Below, in pieces: positions 62,211-64,000 of a stretch of 64,000 bases of DNA. The stretch comes from Selaginella moellendorffii (lineage: Eukaryota; Plantae; Lycopodiophyta). The stretch is taken from contig NW_003314287.1 in NCBI RefSeq assembly GCF_000143415.4, positions 456,203 through 520,202 on the forward strand. The letters run 5' to 3'. How positions within the stretch are numbered: position 1 is the first letter of the stretch; each line of letters begins with the position of its first letter. The notes under the pieces were generated by a model. It worked only from the letters and a program-made list of their open reading frames with translations. It was not told the origin of the DNA and ran no database searches. The position numbers and the translations under genes were made by a program.

Positions 62211-64000
62211 ACCATAGAACTAAGAGCTCAAACCCAAGAAAAGTGGAAGAAATAAGAAAAACAATGAAAAAAAGAGAAAAACAAAGAAAAAGGAGTAAGA
62301 ATCCAAGAGGGAACAAAGCACTAATCTGGACTATAGCCTTTAAGGTGTCTAAACCTTTTGAATGTTCCTTAAATATGGCCCAAGCTTGCTTTCAAAGTTC
62401 TAAGGAAAATGGAAAAAAAGTGAATATGTTGCCCGGTTTGGGATGTGCAGTGGAATGGAAAGATTGCAGCCATAGTGATGGATGATGAGTGGAATGGTTG
62501 GCTGACTTGAATGGACTGGTAGTGAAGGGGGTCTTATAGTATATGATGATCATCAAAGTTTCTAGCAGCATGTGTGATTATCATTGGAGAAGAAAAACCT
62601 TGTAACTAGTGGTGGCATCTACATGGATCACTACATCTTATTGTGTCTGTGCAGGATCAGGAAATAATATTTGCCCATTTGTAGTGCTTGGCTTCATACC
62701 ATAGCTAGGGGCTTCCAACTAGTTAAAATCAGTTCAGTAATTGCTAAGAGAGTGTTGCATCGATAGAGTTTGCTCCATATTTTGAGTTTTATGAGTCAAA
62801 AAAGGTTACTTCTTGTTGCATCTATTGCATATAAGGATAAAAGATAATGCAATGTAAAGATTTTCCCAAATGGATGTGTTTATAGTGAGATAAGTGGAGA
62901 AAATTGAATAGGGCAAATGTTGGAAGTGATGCACAAAGGTGTAGTGAATTTAGGAATGAGAAAATGATGATTGTGAATGACTCAAAATGATGGTAATGAT
63001 GTGTGGATGGACATGATGTAGAGAAGAACCTGGAAACTGTGGGAGAAAAGCTGGGAAATGAATGAGCTCCCAAAAAATTAGAGTTGATGCCACCTCATAA
63101 CTGAAATCCAAACCCAAGCCTACTATCACAAGGATACAAGTCCTAGAAAGGCAATAGAAAATAGCGAAACAAAGAAAAGAAAAGAAAAACAAAGAAAAAA
63201 AAGAAGNNNNNNNNNNNNNNNNNNNNNNNNNNNNNNNNNNNNNNNNNNNNNNNNNNNNNNNNNNNNNNNNNNNNNNNNNNNNNNNNNNNNNNNNNNNNNN
63301 NNNNNNTGCCATGATTGCGTCAGGTGATTCTAGTGGGCTAGTGTCACCTTTTTGTGCTGGAAATGGTGGAGAAGAAAACCTAACTACTGTAGGAATGAAT
63401 TTGCCATTGTTGCCACCTTTTGCAAGTAGTGATTGTGAGAGCTTTGCATATGTGATGTGGCTCATTCAGCTGCTCTATATGAGTGTGCAGGACCCTGGAA
63501 TATACCTCCAGAAGGTCTAGAGAAGGTTTCATAACTGGAAACAAGCTTTGAATCATTAGTAATGTGTTCGCATCCAAGCTCACAAAGTCACATGATACAG
63601 TACATGTGCCTTGAAGGATTTCTTGTAAATATAAGGTAAATACAGCATCATAGACAATATGGTGGACATGATCTCTAACAGAAAACAAAACATTCCTCTC
63701 CACAATCTCAAATTCTAACACTGATGCAAATGCCCACGATGCTTTCTCATATCAAAGAGTAGGGATCTTGTCTGGTGGCCATGGCTACACATCTTTGGGC
63801 TGGTCCTGACTCTCCATGTGCTCAAAAGGTGCCTTGTCTGCTCCCAAGGGCATGTTCAAGTTGGCATCATAAGTCTTGATGAAAGATAGAGAACGAGAGC
63901 TGGTAAGAACCATATCTGACACCTTTGGCTACATGAAGGGAGCTTGTAGAGTGTCCTTCCCCCTCCATCCTGACTTGAGGCAGAAAAGTCAGTCCAAAAA

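Noticed and set aside
63307-64000. Coding-looking sequence at the right edge
   Set aside because: Broken ORFs with no recognisable domain; possibly a decayed retroelement accessory ORF, but unsupported.

Overview
Eukaryotic land-plant nuclear DNA. The very compact GC-rich genes, 45-70 nt introns, intron-bearing PPR-DYW gene and Tcn1-like chromovirus suggest the lycophyte Selaginella (inference, not verified). Positions 1-25.3 kb are gene-dense: RRP1/Nop52 (partial), DiT2 translocator, an SDR, a TMK receptor kinase, a plastid membrane protein, PPR-DYW, formamidase, PLATZ, a glutaredoxin missed by the ORF track, an NPF transporter, a Rossmann-fold protein, a DUF179 protein and an F-box protein. 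From about 25.4 kb the sequence is AT-rich and transposon-dominated. It holds a 522-bp Cassandra-like TRIM with 5S-rRNA-derived LTRs, an isolated AT-rich bulb-lectin chimera ORF, decayed Ty3/gypsy fragments and a five-level nest of LTR retrotransposons (about 35.0-60.8 kb; TSDs found for the three inner levels). The most striking observation is the innermost chromovirus, whose integrase is interrupted by two short GT-AG intron-like inserts; removing them exactly restores the HPQTDGQTER and KLTQRFAGPY motifs. Its host element shows a Tf1-type self-priming site and a GGGAAAC-plus-hairpin -1 frameshift signal. All alignments and mismatch counts were done by eye.
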